A DNA stretch of 64,000 bases from Octopus sinensis (GCF_006345805.1 NC_043006.1:50592001-50656000), one strand, 5' to 3'; shown: positions 1 through 12,876, counted from the stretch's first letter. The notes: generated by a model from the letters alone, not told the origin. A program made the numbers and translations.

Positions 1-562
1 GACAAACATAATTTGATAGGGATTATCAAGGTCAGGCTGCATGGGTTTACGGGAAACTTACAGAAACACTTGCAAAAAGCAACTAAGTTCTATAGATAAG
101 CGTCAATACAAAAGACATCAGAATCAGATTTGATACCGATCTGTGCGTCGCCATTGTTGCTTAAATCCACATTTAATTAATTAGAAGATTGAAGCTGCGA
201 CAAAACGATTCATAACCATCGTTTATTGCTATATGCCGATCGTAAGCTACTATATTGCTACAAACGGTGCAATAACTGCGCAACTGCGATGAACATCTGT
301 GGGACATGATATTAATGACTTGTTAAAGCTTGTATTTTTTTAAGTATTTATCTACAATTATCTGACAAACTGTTGAAGGGGTTAGTGTTTCGTTTCGTGT
401 AACGCATTTATTTTTATTAGCTTTTAATAATAATTTCATATGCACTTATACATGTGTGTCACCTATATTTATCAACAAATGCGTGAGACACTAACTTCTA
501 AAATGTCCTCATTTGAATAAATTTAAGTTAATATACCTGCAGTAGTCATATGTTATATATAT

Positions 563-773
563 ATTGAATGTATGTAACAATTATGAAATCTTTATGTATA
601 TAGCATGGACTCTATTGAATGTATGTAACAATTATGAAATCTTTATATATATAGCATGGACTCTATTGAATGTATGTAACAATTATGAACTGTTCCATTA
701 TACTCTTTATGTATATAGCATGGACTCTATTGAATGTATGTAACAATTATGAACTGTTCCATTATACTCTTTA
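563..773. repeat. Minisatellite, about 4 copies of a 51-64 bp unit
   Basis: ATTGAATGTATGTAACAATTATGAA recurs at 563, 614, 665 and 729. Confidence 0.9.
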
Positions 774-788
774 TTATAAAAAAATTTC

Positions 789-829
789 TTTTGATAAGGT
801 TCGTTATTTCAAGAACCGAAACATGTAAA
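789..829 (+). ncRNA. Minimal type I hammerhead ribozyme motif, U3-A8 core, weak stem I
   Basis: TTGATAA-GGTTC(gttatttcaa)GAACC-GAAA-CATG-TA; 5 bp stem II, palindromic stem III, GUA cleavage triplet; only 2 bp of stem I. Confidence 0.6.
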
Positions 830-898
830 ATTAAAATTTATCTAATATAGTGGCATTTTCAAACTTCTTTTTTACAAATATATATATATATATATATA

Positions 899-1880
899 CT
901 AGCAGGTATACCCGGCATTGCCCGAGTTAAAGAGAATAATGAAATTTAAAAACGCTGTCTAGATTACACGGGTCTCAACTGCTAGTAGCTGAGATACCAA
1001 CTTTCTACATTAATAACTCTCCAACCCATGCCAGTATGGAATATGGACGTTAAGTGAAATGCTAGAAGAAATTTTTCTACTCATATATGTATATAAAGTA
1101 AATACACGTGATTCAAAAACACGCTTTGTGTAGCTTATTTCGTAACCAAAAGACGGGTACAGGTTATAAACAATCAAAGGCCGACTTTGGTGATTCATTT
1201 CACAGAAGTAGTAGAGAAGCAATCCGATGATACATCTGACCTTAGATCTTGAAAGTTTGCATGAATCCTGGCTAAGTTAAATCTGTTGTGACTCCAAATG
1301 ATGTTATCTGTAGTGCAGCGTTGCAATGTCTAATTTTGTTTTGGAAGTGTTTGGAATCTTGGTCAGTTGATATCAACAGTTTCTTTAATGGATCTGGAGA
1401 TTGTGGGGTTGCAGGGAGTTTAAGCTTTCCACCACTTCAGCACAGTGCAGGTGTCTCTTCAGGCCACTTCCTTGCTTTACAATGTATGCACTCAGTTGCC
1501 ATTGCACCAATGGAAACTCTAGTGTCATCTTCAAAGTGCACTGCTGGATCATAATGAAAAGCTGCTTCATAGAAGTTATCTCTCTGAGCTGTTGCAAATG
1601 CTCTTCGTTCTGCAGTGGAGATCCTATTCCTTGTCAGCCATGCATATTTCTGTTCATCACTTTGAGGTGTTCTCGCTTTTGTAGTGCACAGTCTGTTTGT
1701 TTTTTGGTATGCTTCCAATTCTGCAGCTGTCGTTCTTTCCCTGGACAGAAATATTCTTTTGGCTGGAATATAGTAGATAAATTTGATACTTTCATTCTAA
1801 GCATGGTTATATACGTATACAGAACTACACGGGTGCAGAAAATATTAAATAATGGAGTACATATAAAGTAAGTCCTTCTG
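899..1880 (-). mobile_element. Internally deleted, decayed Helitron
   Basis: Minus strand about 1720-1180 reads IGAMATECIHCKARKWPEETPALC*SGGKLKLP...IRHCNAALQITSFG...PGFMQTFKI*GQMYHRIASL, the Helitron N-terminal motif series. The 3' end is GGGCAATGCCGGG...CTAG (899-902) followed by T. The 5' boundary is uncertain. Confidence 0.8.
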
Positions 1881-1908
1881 CAATGACTAGTTCTAACTAA
1901 AGAGTTGC

Positions 1909-1961
1909 CGGCGATAATATTGTCTAGTACGATAATATTGTACTAGACAATATTATCGCCG
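1909..1961. repeat. Perfect 22 bp inverted repeat with a 9 nt spacer
   Basis: CGGCGATAATATTGTCTAGTAC-gataatatt-GTACTAGACAATATTATCGCCG. Confidence 0.95.
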
Positions 1962-2033
1962 TATAATTTGTGTATAATTTGCAAAGAATCGTTTCAATGC
2001 CATTTTTCAGTCAAGAATAAACAATTCGAAATA

Positions 2034-3110
2034 TCAGGCTGAGTACAAAGGAAGTAACGTTTTGAAACTTGGAATTAATCACAATAAATATCAACAATAC
2101 GGAAATTTTATTCACCAAAGTAGGTACCATTACAATCAACACATTTTTGTTACAAATTTGCTTATTCCGGTAACATAGAAATCTGAAGTTCTAGAGCTGA
2201 TGAACTCTTTGAACGCACATTTAGCATCGGTTTGATTTTTGAACGCCTTCTCTCGCAGGAAACCATCAAGTTTCTTGAAAAGTGGTAGTCTCTAAGGGAA
2301 AGGTCAAGGGAATAAGCTGGTTGGGGAAGAACGTCGTAGCCATGTTCTCTCAATTTCTGGAGAATTAGTGAAACGTGTGGTCGAGCATTGTCGTGAAGGA
2401 TGATTGTTCTTCTGTAGACCATTCTGGGACGAAGTTGAAGCAGTTTTTCGTTCCTTTTGGCAATTTCATGGCAATATGTTTCTGCAGTTATGTTTTTTCC
2501 AGGTTATAAGAAGTTATAGTGGAGGAGTCCAGCAGTACACTACCAAACAGTCACCGTAACCTCACAGCTCAGATTTTTCATTTTGGTCCAACTACTGCAA
2601 ATAACGATTCTTATTATTGTACAGAATCCATTTTTCACCGCAAGTTACATTACGGTCGAGAAATGGATCGGTCTGGTTATGGAGAAGCGACGAGCAAATT
2701 TCATATCAGCGCATATTCTGGTTTCCATTCAAATCATGTGGTACCTATTTGTCGAGCATTTTTGATTTTCCGATCGCATTCAAATAGTTGCAGGCAGTTT
2801 TCTGGCTAACTTGAAGTTCCTTTGCCAGTTCTTACGTAGTTTTACGTAGATCTTTCTCAATGACGTTCTTTACTTGATCATCATCGATGACAGATGGGTT
2901 GTTCGCTACGCTCACGACATTCAAGGCTCAGGACTCCACTGCGAAATCGTTCGAACCATTTTCGAGCTGACCACTCACTGGTCATTTACACACCAAACGT
3001 TTCGTTGATATCGCGAGCAGTTTCAGCTACTTTACGTCCTTTTTTGAAGTTGAACAACAAAATTACTCGAATATCGTGCATTGACAGTTCCAGTTCACAT
3101 TATTGCAACA
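2034..3110 (-). mobile_element. Decayed mariner transposon, 5' end lost
   Basis: HDNARPH and PAYSLDLSLRDYHF motifs (ORF 2162-2422); TIR TCAGGCTGAGTACAAAGGAAGTAAC after TA at 2032-2033; colinear with the copy at 33050-34346. Confidence 0.9.
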
Positions 3111-3349
3111 ACGTTTGCTTTATTGCCCACAGGGGATCAAACATAGAGGGACGGTACAAATAAGAGAGTGGTCGATGGTGTGTATTGTTTTTACGCAGAG
3201 GTGAAAAGTTAAAAATTTATATAATCGAATGATCAGCAAAACAAATACACAAACAATAAAGTTTGCCTGGCCCCCGCAAACTCCGCGCCACCATTGTAAC
3301 CTTTAGTATAAACTTATAGATACACTATGTGGGTTCATTCATTCGCAAC

Positions 3350-5270
3350 AAATTCACCACATCCTTCCATCTTTTTCCATATACATCAGGTGACAGGCAG
3401 TTTCTCTCCCCCCCTTACTTTCCTCTTAAGGTGGTATATGAGGTAATGGACCAGTCCAAGGCTAGAGATGAATGTGCCTGTCACGATTCCTTTCACGCGG
3501 GTCTTCCATACCGCTTCTTTCACTATAGCGACCACAGCGAGAAAACAAACCTTGCCTTCTATGTTAAAAGAAGGAGGAACAAGCTTTACAATTGACTCAG
3601 AAGACAGTTGTACTCTTTCCAGCCGTGACAGCAGATGTTCAACGTAAACCCACATCTCAGAGATTTTGGGGCATTGCACAATTACGTACAAAACGGTTTC
3701 CCCGTTCTGCTCACATCTTGGACACGTGAGTGCGCAAGGGTCACTATGCCTTGCGAGTTTATCGCGAACTGGTAAGGCTCCTCGGTAAAACTGCCAAGCC
3801 AGGGATCCTCGGAAGTTATCCAAGGGTTCTGGCCCAAATGTCCTTCGGAACAGGCCAGCTAATAGACCATCATCCCCCAGAACGTCGTCATACTGCACAT
3901 CTACCAATCCTGTATAGGAAGACAATATGGAACCCCCGCCGCTGGCGTTGCCCGTGTGACAGAGAAGCTTGGATGCCTCGCGAAACTCCGCTTGCCAAGT
4001 ACCCAACTTTGGTCTACACTTGATCCAAGGTCTTAGTTCACTCAAACTAGTAAGCTCAGGAAGTAACGACCGAACGAATGGAGACCACACCTGCTCACCA
4101 TCCAGGTAGAGTCACAGATGGCTCAGCCTCATCGCATGTCTGAGCATCAATAGCCAAGGCATCCCTAGCCTACCTTTTAGCGGGTGCTGACAGCAGATAG
4201 AGCACTTTACAAGAGGACTTCTACCATTCTACAAAAAGCGGAAAAGCAGCCGCTCCAACTTGATCAGTCTCGAACGGGAGCAAGGCACGACAAGTAGGCG
4301 GTAGGTAATAACAGAAGCGATAAACATTCCTTCGACCTCCGCCCTTCCTTTCAGGGATAGCCGCCACTTAGACCAGGCCTGAGTTAGGTGGTTCACCTTG
4401 CTCGTCACCTCGCTACAATTCTTCTCTACCTAGAGTGCTGGACTGAACAAAACCCTTGCATTTTAACCGGCCTCTCCGTCCAACGCACTACGACATTGTT
4501 GGGAGGTATCGTTTTGCTTCTCTAGGTGCCGAGTTGCAAGCCCACTGACTTATCCCGGCTAACATTTACTCCTTCCAACGCCTCGTAGTCCTTAATGGCT
4601 TCAGACACGATGATGGTGATGTCGTCCGCGTACCCTGAAACCTTCCTACTGCAACCTAGACTTGCCCTTCAAGTCCTCCAACTTCCGCAGTAAGGGCTCT
4701 AGAGCCAACACACACAGAGGGGAGGAGAGAGAACACCCTTGACGAACATTGCGCTTGATGTTGAACGGCTTCAAGAAGAACCCGTTCACTCGGACGATCG
4801 ATTCGATATTGTTGTATAACACAATGATCCACCCGCTGAAGACGGGGCCGAGTCCGAACGCCGCGAGGACCGACACCAGATACCGATGTCAACCCTGTCA
4901 AAAGCTTTGGACTGGTCTAAATGGTCCAGCGCCCCACCCTTGCCAGGAGATCCATTAACCCTCTCTAAGGTGTAGTGTAGGTGGAGATTATCGTGTATGG
5001 ATCTTCCAGGAACGGCACAAGTTTGTGCCTCCCCGACGACTCCAGCCACGACACACGCTAACCTTTTTGCTAACACTTTGGCCAAAATCTTAAACTCTGC
5101 GTTAATCAGAGTGATGGCCCTGAAATTATCTATAATATCCCCCTTTTTGGGTCCTTTCTAAGCAGCGTCACCACTCCCCGGCTCACAGATCTTGATATAA
5201 TGAAGGTCGAAGCTGGACTCCACAAGGTGTGAAAATATCTTATAGAATGCCAGAACAAACGTCGCATTGC
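3350..5270 (-). mobile_element. Tx1/L1-clade non-LTR retrotransposon fragment (RT plus C-terminal zinc finger), frameshifted
   Basis: NFRAITLINAEFKILAKVLAKRL, TCAVPGRSIHDNLH, LDQSKAFDRVD, VRQGCSLS, YADD (in frame at about 4620-4640) and TCPRCEQNGETVLYVIVQC. Confidence 0.9.
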
Positions 5271-5357
5271 ATTCTTTCGAACATTAATACTTTTTTTTCA
5301 CCGCTTCGTCGTATTAATATCAGTAATATTATTAAACATAAGTGAAATATTGCTTTC

Positions 5358-5563
5358 AAATTTTGACACAAGGCCAGCGATTTCGGTGGAGGAATTGGTC
5401 GATTAGATTGACTCCAGTGCTCGACTGATACTCATTTTATCGACTTTGAAAGGATAAAATACACTGTTAACCTCACTGGAATTTTAATTCAGGAAGTAAA
5501 GACGGACGGAATGCTGCTAAGCATTTTACCTAGCATACTAACGAATCTGCCAGCTCACCGCCT
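5358..5563 (-). mobile_element. tRNA-derived SINE, family A (head GGCGGTGAGCTGGCAG)
   Basis: Homologous to the copies at 31013 and 54592. Confidence 0.8.
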
Positions 5564-7189
5564 TAAATAGACAAGTGACATATTAAATGATTTTAACCAA
5601 CTTCTTCCGAATAAATACACTCCATTTCAGTTGTAATTGCAATAACTTCTATACATTTTCTTGTTTATCTCCAATTTTAATATTTAATAGGTATTTTCCT
5701 TTAACTAGACTCTACTGTATGTACACCATACGCATCTAATATTATCCATGCGAGTTCTAATGGGTGAGATTCGATAACTTTGTATGTATTTAAACGAATG
5801 GAGTTTCCTGTGGCACCTAATTCGTGGTGTCTAATACATATTTAATCGATATATTATTGATTTCTACTGAAATGTAATATTTATCACTAACTTCTTATAA
5901 ATGTTTGATGGAGATAGAACTAACTTCAATTTATTTTTATTTGATACCTATTTACCACCGATAGACATATACTACCAATTATTTAGACTGTAATATTTAC
6001 AACTGCTTCGACGTTGTTTAGTAAATTTGAAGTTATAGTTTCGAGCTGAGTTCATGCATACATTCGCTAAAAAAAAAAACAATTTTTCCTCGTGAATTAC
6101 AAACGAGTCTTTCCTTTCGTGATGTATATAATGCTTCAGATAGACTTTCCATCAGTTGTTTTAGATTTGTTTAAATGATGACTACGTGTAGCTATAAATA
6201 CCTTTGTGTAATTCAATGATTATGTAAAAATGTCATTATTTTCGTTAGTTGCTAATATTATATCACTGAGTAATTGCCCAGCTTCTTTAACATGAAAAAT
6301 AGGTTTGGCTACTTTATCACTGAATGACAGTTTCTCTTAAAGAGGCACGTTTTTGTCTTTGACAATTCAATTACAGTTGACAATGCTGGAGGAATTATCT
6401 TTGAATTTACAATATCGTGTCCACGATTTCATTCCATTTACCTAATTATCGTCTCCATTACACATTACACATTAGTAAAGGTTTCCAGTAGCAAATATAA
6501 TGTGCACGTGATTTTGGAAATGTTCGGTCAACTTTTCAGGTATCATCTAATGCAAAATTGTGTCTCATTCTTCAGAATCGAATATTTGGTTTATAATGTC
6601 AGCCATTCAATCCACGAACATAAATTTGACTTTTCCTTATCGTTGTCTTAAACTTTGTACTTAAAATAACCATTCATTATTAATTTGCATTCAAAAAGTT
6701 ATATGACAAACCCATACTGAACAGAGATCACTAAGGTATTTTCCAAATGGAGATGTTAGTCTTTTTTTTTCAACAGTAAGAAAACACAGACGTAACTCAA
6801 ATCAAGAAAATATCATCGCCTACATCCATCTAAGCGTAAGTGAGCAGCATCTAGCTTAATCCTTCAAAATTTCGCCGACTCACAGAGGGTAGCAGAAGAC
6901 TGAGTGAAGTGACGAAATCTGGTTGTGACGTCAACAACGAACGCTGCAAAGACCACATGTACAAAGTACCAGAAGGAAGGAAGAACACCGACGATCTCTT
7001 CCAGTGAAGCACATTGCTAAGATAGCAAAGAGCACATTCCAACGATTGTCCCTTCCTTTCAGAACCAGTAAATACTTCAGCACCAAGCCATTATCAATAC
7101 TTTAGAAAGCTCAGTTGAGACTTACAATTTAGTTCTGCTCTCACACTTGAGGTGGCGCTGCTAATTTACACACAGCCACCCTAGAACTC

Positions 7190-7500
7190 CAGCCTTCGGT
7201 CCCGCCAGTCTTGTTACTTTTTGTCACGGCGTTTTCTATCGCTACTATAATGGCCTCTGCTCCTCGGAGATTCTAGGCTCGGGTCACCTTTAGCTAAGCA
7301 TGCATTACCTTTTCACGCTTGAGACACTTGTTCTGCCAAACGCCTGTAGGCCTCGCACTAATCACAATAAAATGGTTAGTCATTCATTCACTGAAGTCAG
7401 ACTCTCTAGAATTCTCTCGCTGCCCTTATCGTCCGCGAAGCTGTTGACTTACAAAAGATCAGGAGAAACATTAATGCCATCAATTCCACCGGTGCAAGAG
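7190..7500 (+). mobile_element. Old LINE C-terminal remnant
   Basis: Broken translation FYRYYNGLCSSEI...RTNHNK...SF...DLQKIRRNINAI resembles non-LTR ORF2 C-termini. Confidence 0.4.
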
Positions 7501-7910
7501 AATGGTAAACACCATTAGCACTACCCTTTCCTGCAAACCCACGCATCGAGAAGCAAGTTTAAGCGCTTCCTAATTAACACGATAAAAGTCCAGTTATTGG
7601 CAGATGTATTTGGAAACAATGTCGACCATCAACTGTTTTTCTAAAATAAAACATATTTTCTATTGTCTGTTTCACTTGTTTCTGCATTGCTAACATGCAG
7701 AGCTGTGTATTTTCAAGCAGTTCAATGATGATAAGTACTTTCCAGCACTTGTAAGATTATTCCTGCGTCTACATTATGATACGGAACTGTGGATACTTTT
7801 CCAAGAACCACCTTACATGCATTTGTATATATATATATATATATATAATATATATAATATGCATATATATATATATATATTATATATATATATAATATAT
7901 ATATATATAT

Positions 7911-8347
7911 TGTTATCGCCATATTAATATGGCAGTCTTATAGATAAAAGACTAAAAGCTGTCGCTGATTAGCTCCATGAGGTTATCGCCTTAAGATAGC
8001 TATTTGACACACAAACTGTGTCCATTAAAACTTTCGAACAAGGGAAGTCAGCCGCTTCACACTGCCAGTCAGACAGCTACAGACGCGTTTCAGGGTATTT
8101 GCCCTTTGTCAATGTAGCGTAGTCAGACCCAGTAGGTGTCGCCACTGATCGTCTCTGTTCGAAGGTTTAATTTACCTAGTTTCGGTGGAATACATCCACT
8201 TGTTTTCAATAATAGAAATATTAAAATTACTAAGTCTCTCTAAAAGAGATTACGGCAGCGTTACTGGAAATTAATTGTTATCGCCATATTAATATGGCAG
8301 TCTTATAGATATAAGACTAAAAGCTGGGTCTGACTACGTTACATTGA
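7911..8347 (-). mobile_element. Non-coding PLE terminal-repeat or retrozyme-like element with a 365 bp period
   Basis: 51 bp direct repeat (7911-7961 and 8276-8326); internal HHR; 8326-8347 is an inverted copy of 8109-8130; 3' end lies in (TA)n. Confidence 0.7.
8076..8118 (-). ncRNA. Type I hammerhead ribozyme, fully paired, U3-A8 core, GUC site
   Basis: Minus strand GCTACA-TTGACAA-AGGG(caaata)CCCT-GAAA-CGCG-TC-TGTAGC; stem I 6 bp, stem II 4 bp, palindromic stem III. Confidence 0.85.
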
Positions 8348-10052
8348 ATGGAGTTTGATACAGCTACTCTCATTTGCACCTCTTGCCGTGAGGTAGGTTC
8401 ATCTGGGACTCTTGACAGGAGGATGTCCAGCTTTGATTTAAAAACCGCTACATCTACTTTGTGCAAGTTCCTCAGACTCTTTGGGAGAATATTAAAAAGC
8501 TGTGGGCCCTTGAAACCCAGCTGTTGCAGAAGCTGGTCCTGAAGCGTGATGGCATTGCTGGGATCTTTGGCACTATGCAGTGTCGTCCCGTTCTAGCATT
8601 GGTGTAGCTTACAATGCCAAAATTTGGCACAATTCCTTCCAGGATCTTCCAGACATATATTACTGCATACCTCTCCCGTCGTCTCTTCAGGGAGTAGAGT
8701 CTTAGCTGTTTCAACCTTTCCCAGTAGCTGAGCTGTTGCAAAGAGACGATCTTCTTTGTGAATCTTCTCTGGATTGCTTCAAGGTCCGCTGCTAATTTTA
8801 CACTGGTGGGTGACCATAGCTGTGAGCAGTAATCCAGGCGACTGAGGACGAATGTCCGCCAGAATGTTCTTAGGATCCACCCAGCCAGCCGTCTGCACTT
8901 TGTCGCCATCCTGGTAATGTGCACTTGGAAAGAGGTATCATCACTCATGTCAATACCCAGGTCCCTCACAGACTTAGGCTCTGGGATTGAAATTCCCTGT
9001 GGACCGGTGTATCCTTTAAGTTTAATATTCAGTTTTGGATGCTGGTAGCGCAGGGCCTGGAATTTTTCAGCATTAAACTGCATATTATTATCCTCAGCCC
9101 ATCTGTAGATTGAGTCTAACTCCTGCTTCAGGTGTGCAACATCGCTGGGGTTCTGTATTTTCTGCGAGACTTTCGTATCGTCTGCATAGCTGACCAGAGT
9201 GGCTATCCGGGCACTTGAGGGCATATCTAAGAGGGCCACTATAAAAAGCAGTGGTCCCAAGACAGTGCCCTGTGGAACACCGCTCACTATTTGTGTGTTC
9301 ATAGAGGTGGCTCCATTAACCACTACTGCCTGACTCCTATCTTTCAGGAAGTCATGCAACCACACTCCAAGTTTTCCAGCTATGCCGAGGTCACGTAGTT
9401 TGTGGCATATCATACCATGATCCACCTTGTCAAAAACTTTTGCAAAATCAAGGTAGATTACGTCCACATTTGATTTGTTGAGTAACTGCCTCAACACCCA
9501 GGCATAATGCTGTAAGAGCTGGGTCAGGCAGCTCCTACCTGGTCGGAAACCATGCTGGGTATTACTCAGCAAGTTATTTTCCTCAAGGAATGCGATTAGT
9601 TTTTTTCTGACTACCCGTTCCATGACTTCGCTGATGTGTGAAATCAGAGAGATAGGCCTATAGTTTTTGGCATCTGCTCTACTTCCCCCTTTATGTATTG
9701 GGCATATTATTCCCTCCTTCAGCTTGCTTGGCAGTTTGCCATTCGCAAGAAAGCTCTGGAAGAGAATCTTGAGGGGTTTTGCCAGGGCATGCTTACACGC
9801 TTTGAGGAGGATGGCTGGGAAACCGTCTGGACCAGCAGCTGAGTTTGTGTCCACTTCATCTATGGCTAGTAGGACATCTTTTTCGCAAATGTCAATACAT
9901 TCTATTGTAACCGCCTCGCTGGTTATAGGTGAGGCGGCAGAGAAGTCCACTGGTTCGTTCACTTGTCTGTGTTCCAACGGGGTGGTAAAGACACATTTGA
10001 ACTGGTCATTCAGCATCTCACTGATCATAGTTGGACTGTCTGTGAGGGAGCC
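8348..10052 (-). mobile_element. CR1/L2-group LINE, 5'-truncated, RT reading frame largely open
   Basis: ORF 8472-10217: YRPISL, YLDFAKVFDKVDH, SGVPQGTVLGPLLF, YADD, YCSQLWSP, SLKRRRERY. The N-terminal YI run is only microsatellite. Confidence 0.95.
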
Positions 10053-10069
10053 ATATATATGTATACACA

Positions 10070-10240
<171 letters not shown>

Positions 10241-10774
10241 TATGATTGTGCGGTGATGGTGGGCGATAATAATTCACCGTTCTAAAAGACCTGTAGCGGG
10301 AATAGATACAGACAAACGTACAGTGAGAGAGGTGGTTGAAGAAAGAATGATAGAGAGGCGGCAAAGCTGTCAGACGTCGTTATAGAGAGAAATTGGAGGG
10401 AAGGAAGGAAAGAGAGAGACGGAGGAAGAGAGGGTGATATGCGAAGGAGAGAAACGATAAACACTTGTCAAAGTGTGGGTTTTGTAGCCCTAGTAACCAC
10501 AGCCTTTGAGATATGAGTTTCTAACCTAGCCCACTCACTTCATCGCTTCTTTTTACTTGTTCCTGTAAATTTTGGAGCCAATCCGACCCCATCTAGTGCC
10601 CGTTCACCCGGTTCAATCCCAAAATGAGACAAACAAACTTTTCGCATGTCAGCTTTATAGATATTGATATACATATATATAGAAATATTTTTTTATTCTC
10701 AAACGCGTGATAATGTTAATTAAATTAGCGTGAACAGGATAAATTATCCATACATTGCAGAAAAATATGTTATT

Positions 10775-10847
10775 GGCTAACCATGAGACTCGCACTCACA
10801 TCCCTGTGATTACACGTCAAGTGGTTTACCATTAAGCTAAACTGCCC
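10775..10847 (-). pseudogene. tRNA-like 73 nt remnant (pseudo-tRNA or SINE head)
   Basis: A-box-like TAGCTTAATGGT, degenerate B-box, possible TGT anticodon; the acceptor stem does not pair. Confidence 0.35.
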
Positions 10848-11094
10848 AGTAGCGAATTCTACTGCAATTTTGGAACTTATAAACTTAGCTATATATATAA
10901 AACAAAAAAGAGTGAAAAAACTACAGAAGGCTTTTTTATATGGTTAAAGAATATATTTAAGTCGTTATGTTAGAAATATGTTATAAAAATTTTGCATTTT
11001 CTTTAACCATATAACACAAGCCTTTCGTAGTTTTTCACGCTTTTTTGTTTTTTATACGTCCAACCACGTGCTTTCACATACCAACTCTCTCACC

Positions 11095-11146
<52 letters not shown>

Positions 11147-12394
11147 GGTGATATACATAAATATATATATATATATGCATACCTACATACACGTACGCAC
11201 ACATACAAATGCACACACACATGCGCACATACAGGTGTGTACATATGCACAGACATACACACCAGTTTGTGTACATACATTCAGTATATTGTTCGTTGAC
11301 AAAATATCTGATTTACGTTAAATTGCAAAAAAGAATAAAATAATGTCTTCTCGTAAAAATAATCATTTTCATATATATATATGTATGTATGTATGTACTT
11401 ATTTTACGTTGCTCCTGTTTACTCAGCTGTAGAGATGAGTTACGTCACTGGTGGTCATTGCCTTTCCATTGGATAACATCGGTGGCGTGGAGAGAGGAGA
11501 CTGGTATGCATGGGCGACAGCTGGTCTTTCATAAACAACCTTGTCCAGACTTGTATCTCGGGGGGCATCTTTCTAGGTGCATTACCATGGTCATTCATGA
11601 CCGAAGGGGGTCTTTACCCTTTTACAACATGTCGACTCCGAAATCATAAAAGGCAAATTTGACCTCGGTGGGATTTGAACGCAAAATGTAAAGAGCCAAA
11701 ATAGTTTTACTACAACTCTGCCAATCAATTGACCTAATTTAAGAAAGAAGGCTTAACTTACCCTACACGGCGACCCGCAGCAAGGGTTAGATCTATTATT
11801 TAGTATGAGTATATTTTTTTTCCATCATTAAGCAATTTCGTTTTTTAGTAAATAATTTTTTATATTTTGCTTCTGTCAGTGAAAAGATTGGACCTTACTG
11901 AAGCAACTTACAAGGGTTTTCTCAGCTGGAGTCTATAACAGAGGACACTTGATCGATATGTCCCACCGTAAGACTGAACCCGGAAATACGTGTTTGGAAA
12001 GCAACCTTCTTATCACACAACCACACCTGAAGCTTATCGATTTGAAGTCGAAATAGTTATTGATTATCTCAGCCGGAAAATGAAGAAGAGGGCTTTATCG
12101 CTTTTAATGTAGAAGGTTTAGGTTATAATTTCAAAATAAATATCTCTTGTGAATTAATTATTTTTTCTTTAGCGTCTTCATCTGATGTCGCTTAGCTACT
12201 AAAAATAGGATCAATTAAGTTCAGTTGTGCAAATCCCCTGCATCACGTACATTTCGCCTTGAATCTGTGAATGATGTTTGTGCAAATGTGGAAGAGAGGA
12301 AGAGAAAGAGAGTGTGAGACTGTGTGAGAACCTGTGTGTATGTGTACGTATGTTTATATGGGTTTGGTTCCCTACTTTCGTAAACAAACACTAT

Positions 12395-12690
12395 ATGCAT
12401 GAGAGTATTCGACTTACGATCGTAAACTCGCGATTTCCACGGCGTGTTGTGTCCTTGAGCAACACACTTCACTTCACGTTGCTCCGGTCCACCCAGCTTG
12501 TAAAAAATATGAGCTGTACTTGTATTTCAATAGTTCAGCCTAGTCACGCTGAATTGCCCTGGGAACCAGGTCATGGTCATACGTGTCTGTGGAGTGCTCA
12601 GCCACTTGCCGTTAATTTTACGCGAAGACTGTTCCGTTGAGCGGGTCAACTGGAATACTCGTCGTCGTGACCGACGGAGTGCCAGTTTAT
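12395..12690 (+). mobile_element. SINE with a CORE-like central domain
   Basis: GTGTTGTGTCCTTGAGCAACACACTTCACTTCACGTTGCTCC resembles the CORE-type domain; head degenerate. Confidence 0.5.
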
Positions 12691-12876
12691 TTATTGTGTT
12701 TTTTGATTTCATATATTCGACTGTGGTGATGCTGGGCTATATATAAGGTGAGGGTGGTCCTTGAGAACATATTTAGTAATTTAATAAAATAACTCTAATC
12801 TATTAATAAAAAGTTCCGCATATCTCGATAAGTTTAGAATTAGATTAAAATAACCCGCTGTGTATAATAATTAATG

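Noticed and set aside
6375-6540. Plus-strand open frame between AG and GT (DNAGGIIFEFTISCPRF...)
   Set aside because: No recognisable homology and no phase-linked partner exon.
10538-10650. Minus-strand exon-like segment with a GTGAGT donor
   Set aside because: The only long frame stops just before the donor, the acceptor is weak and there is no supporting link.
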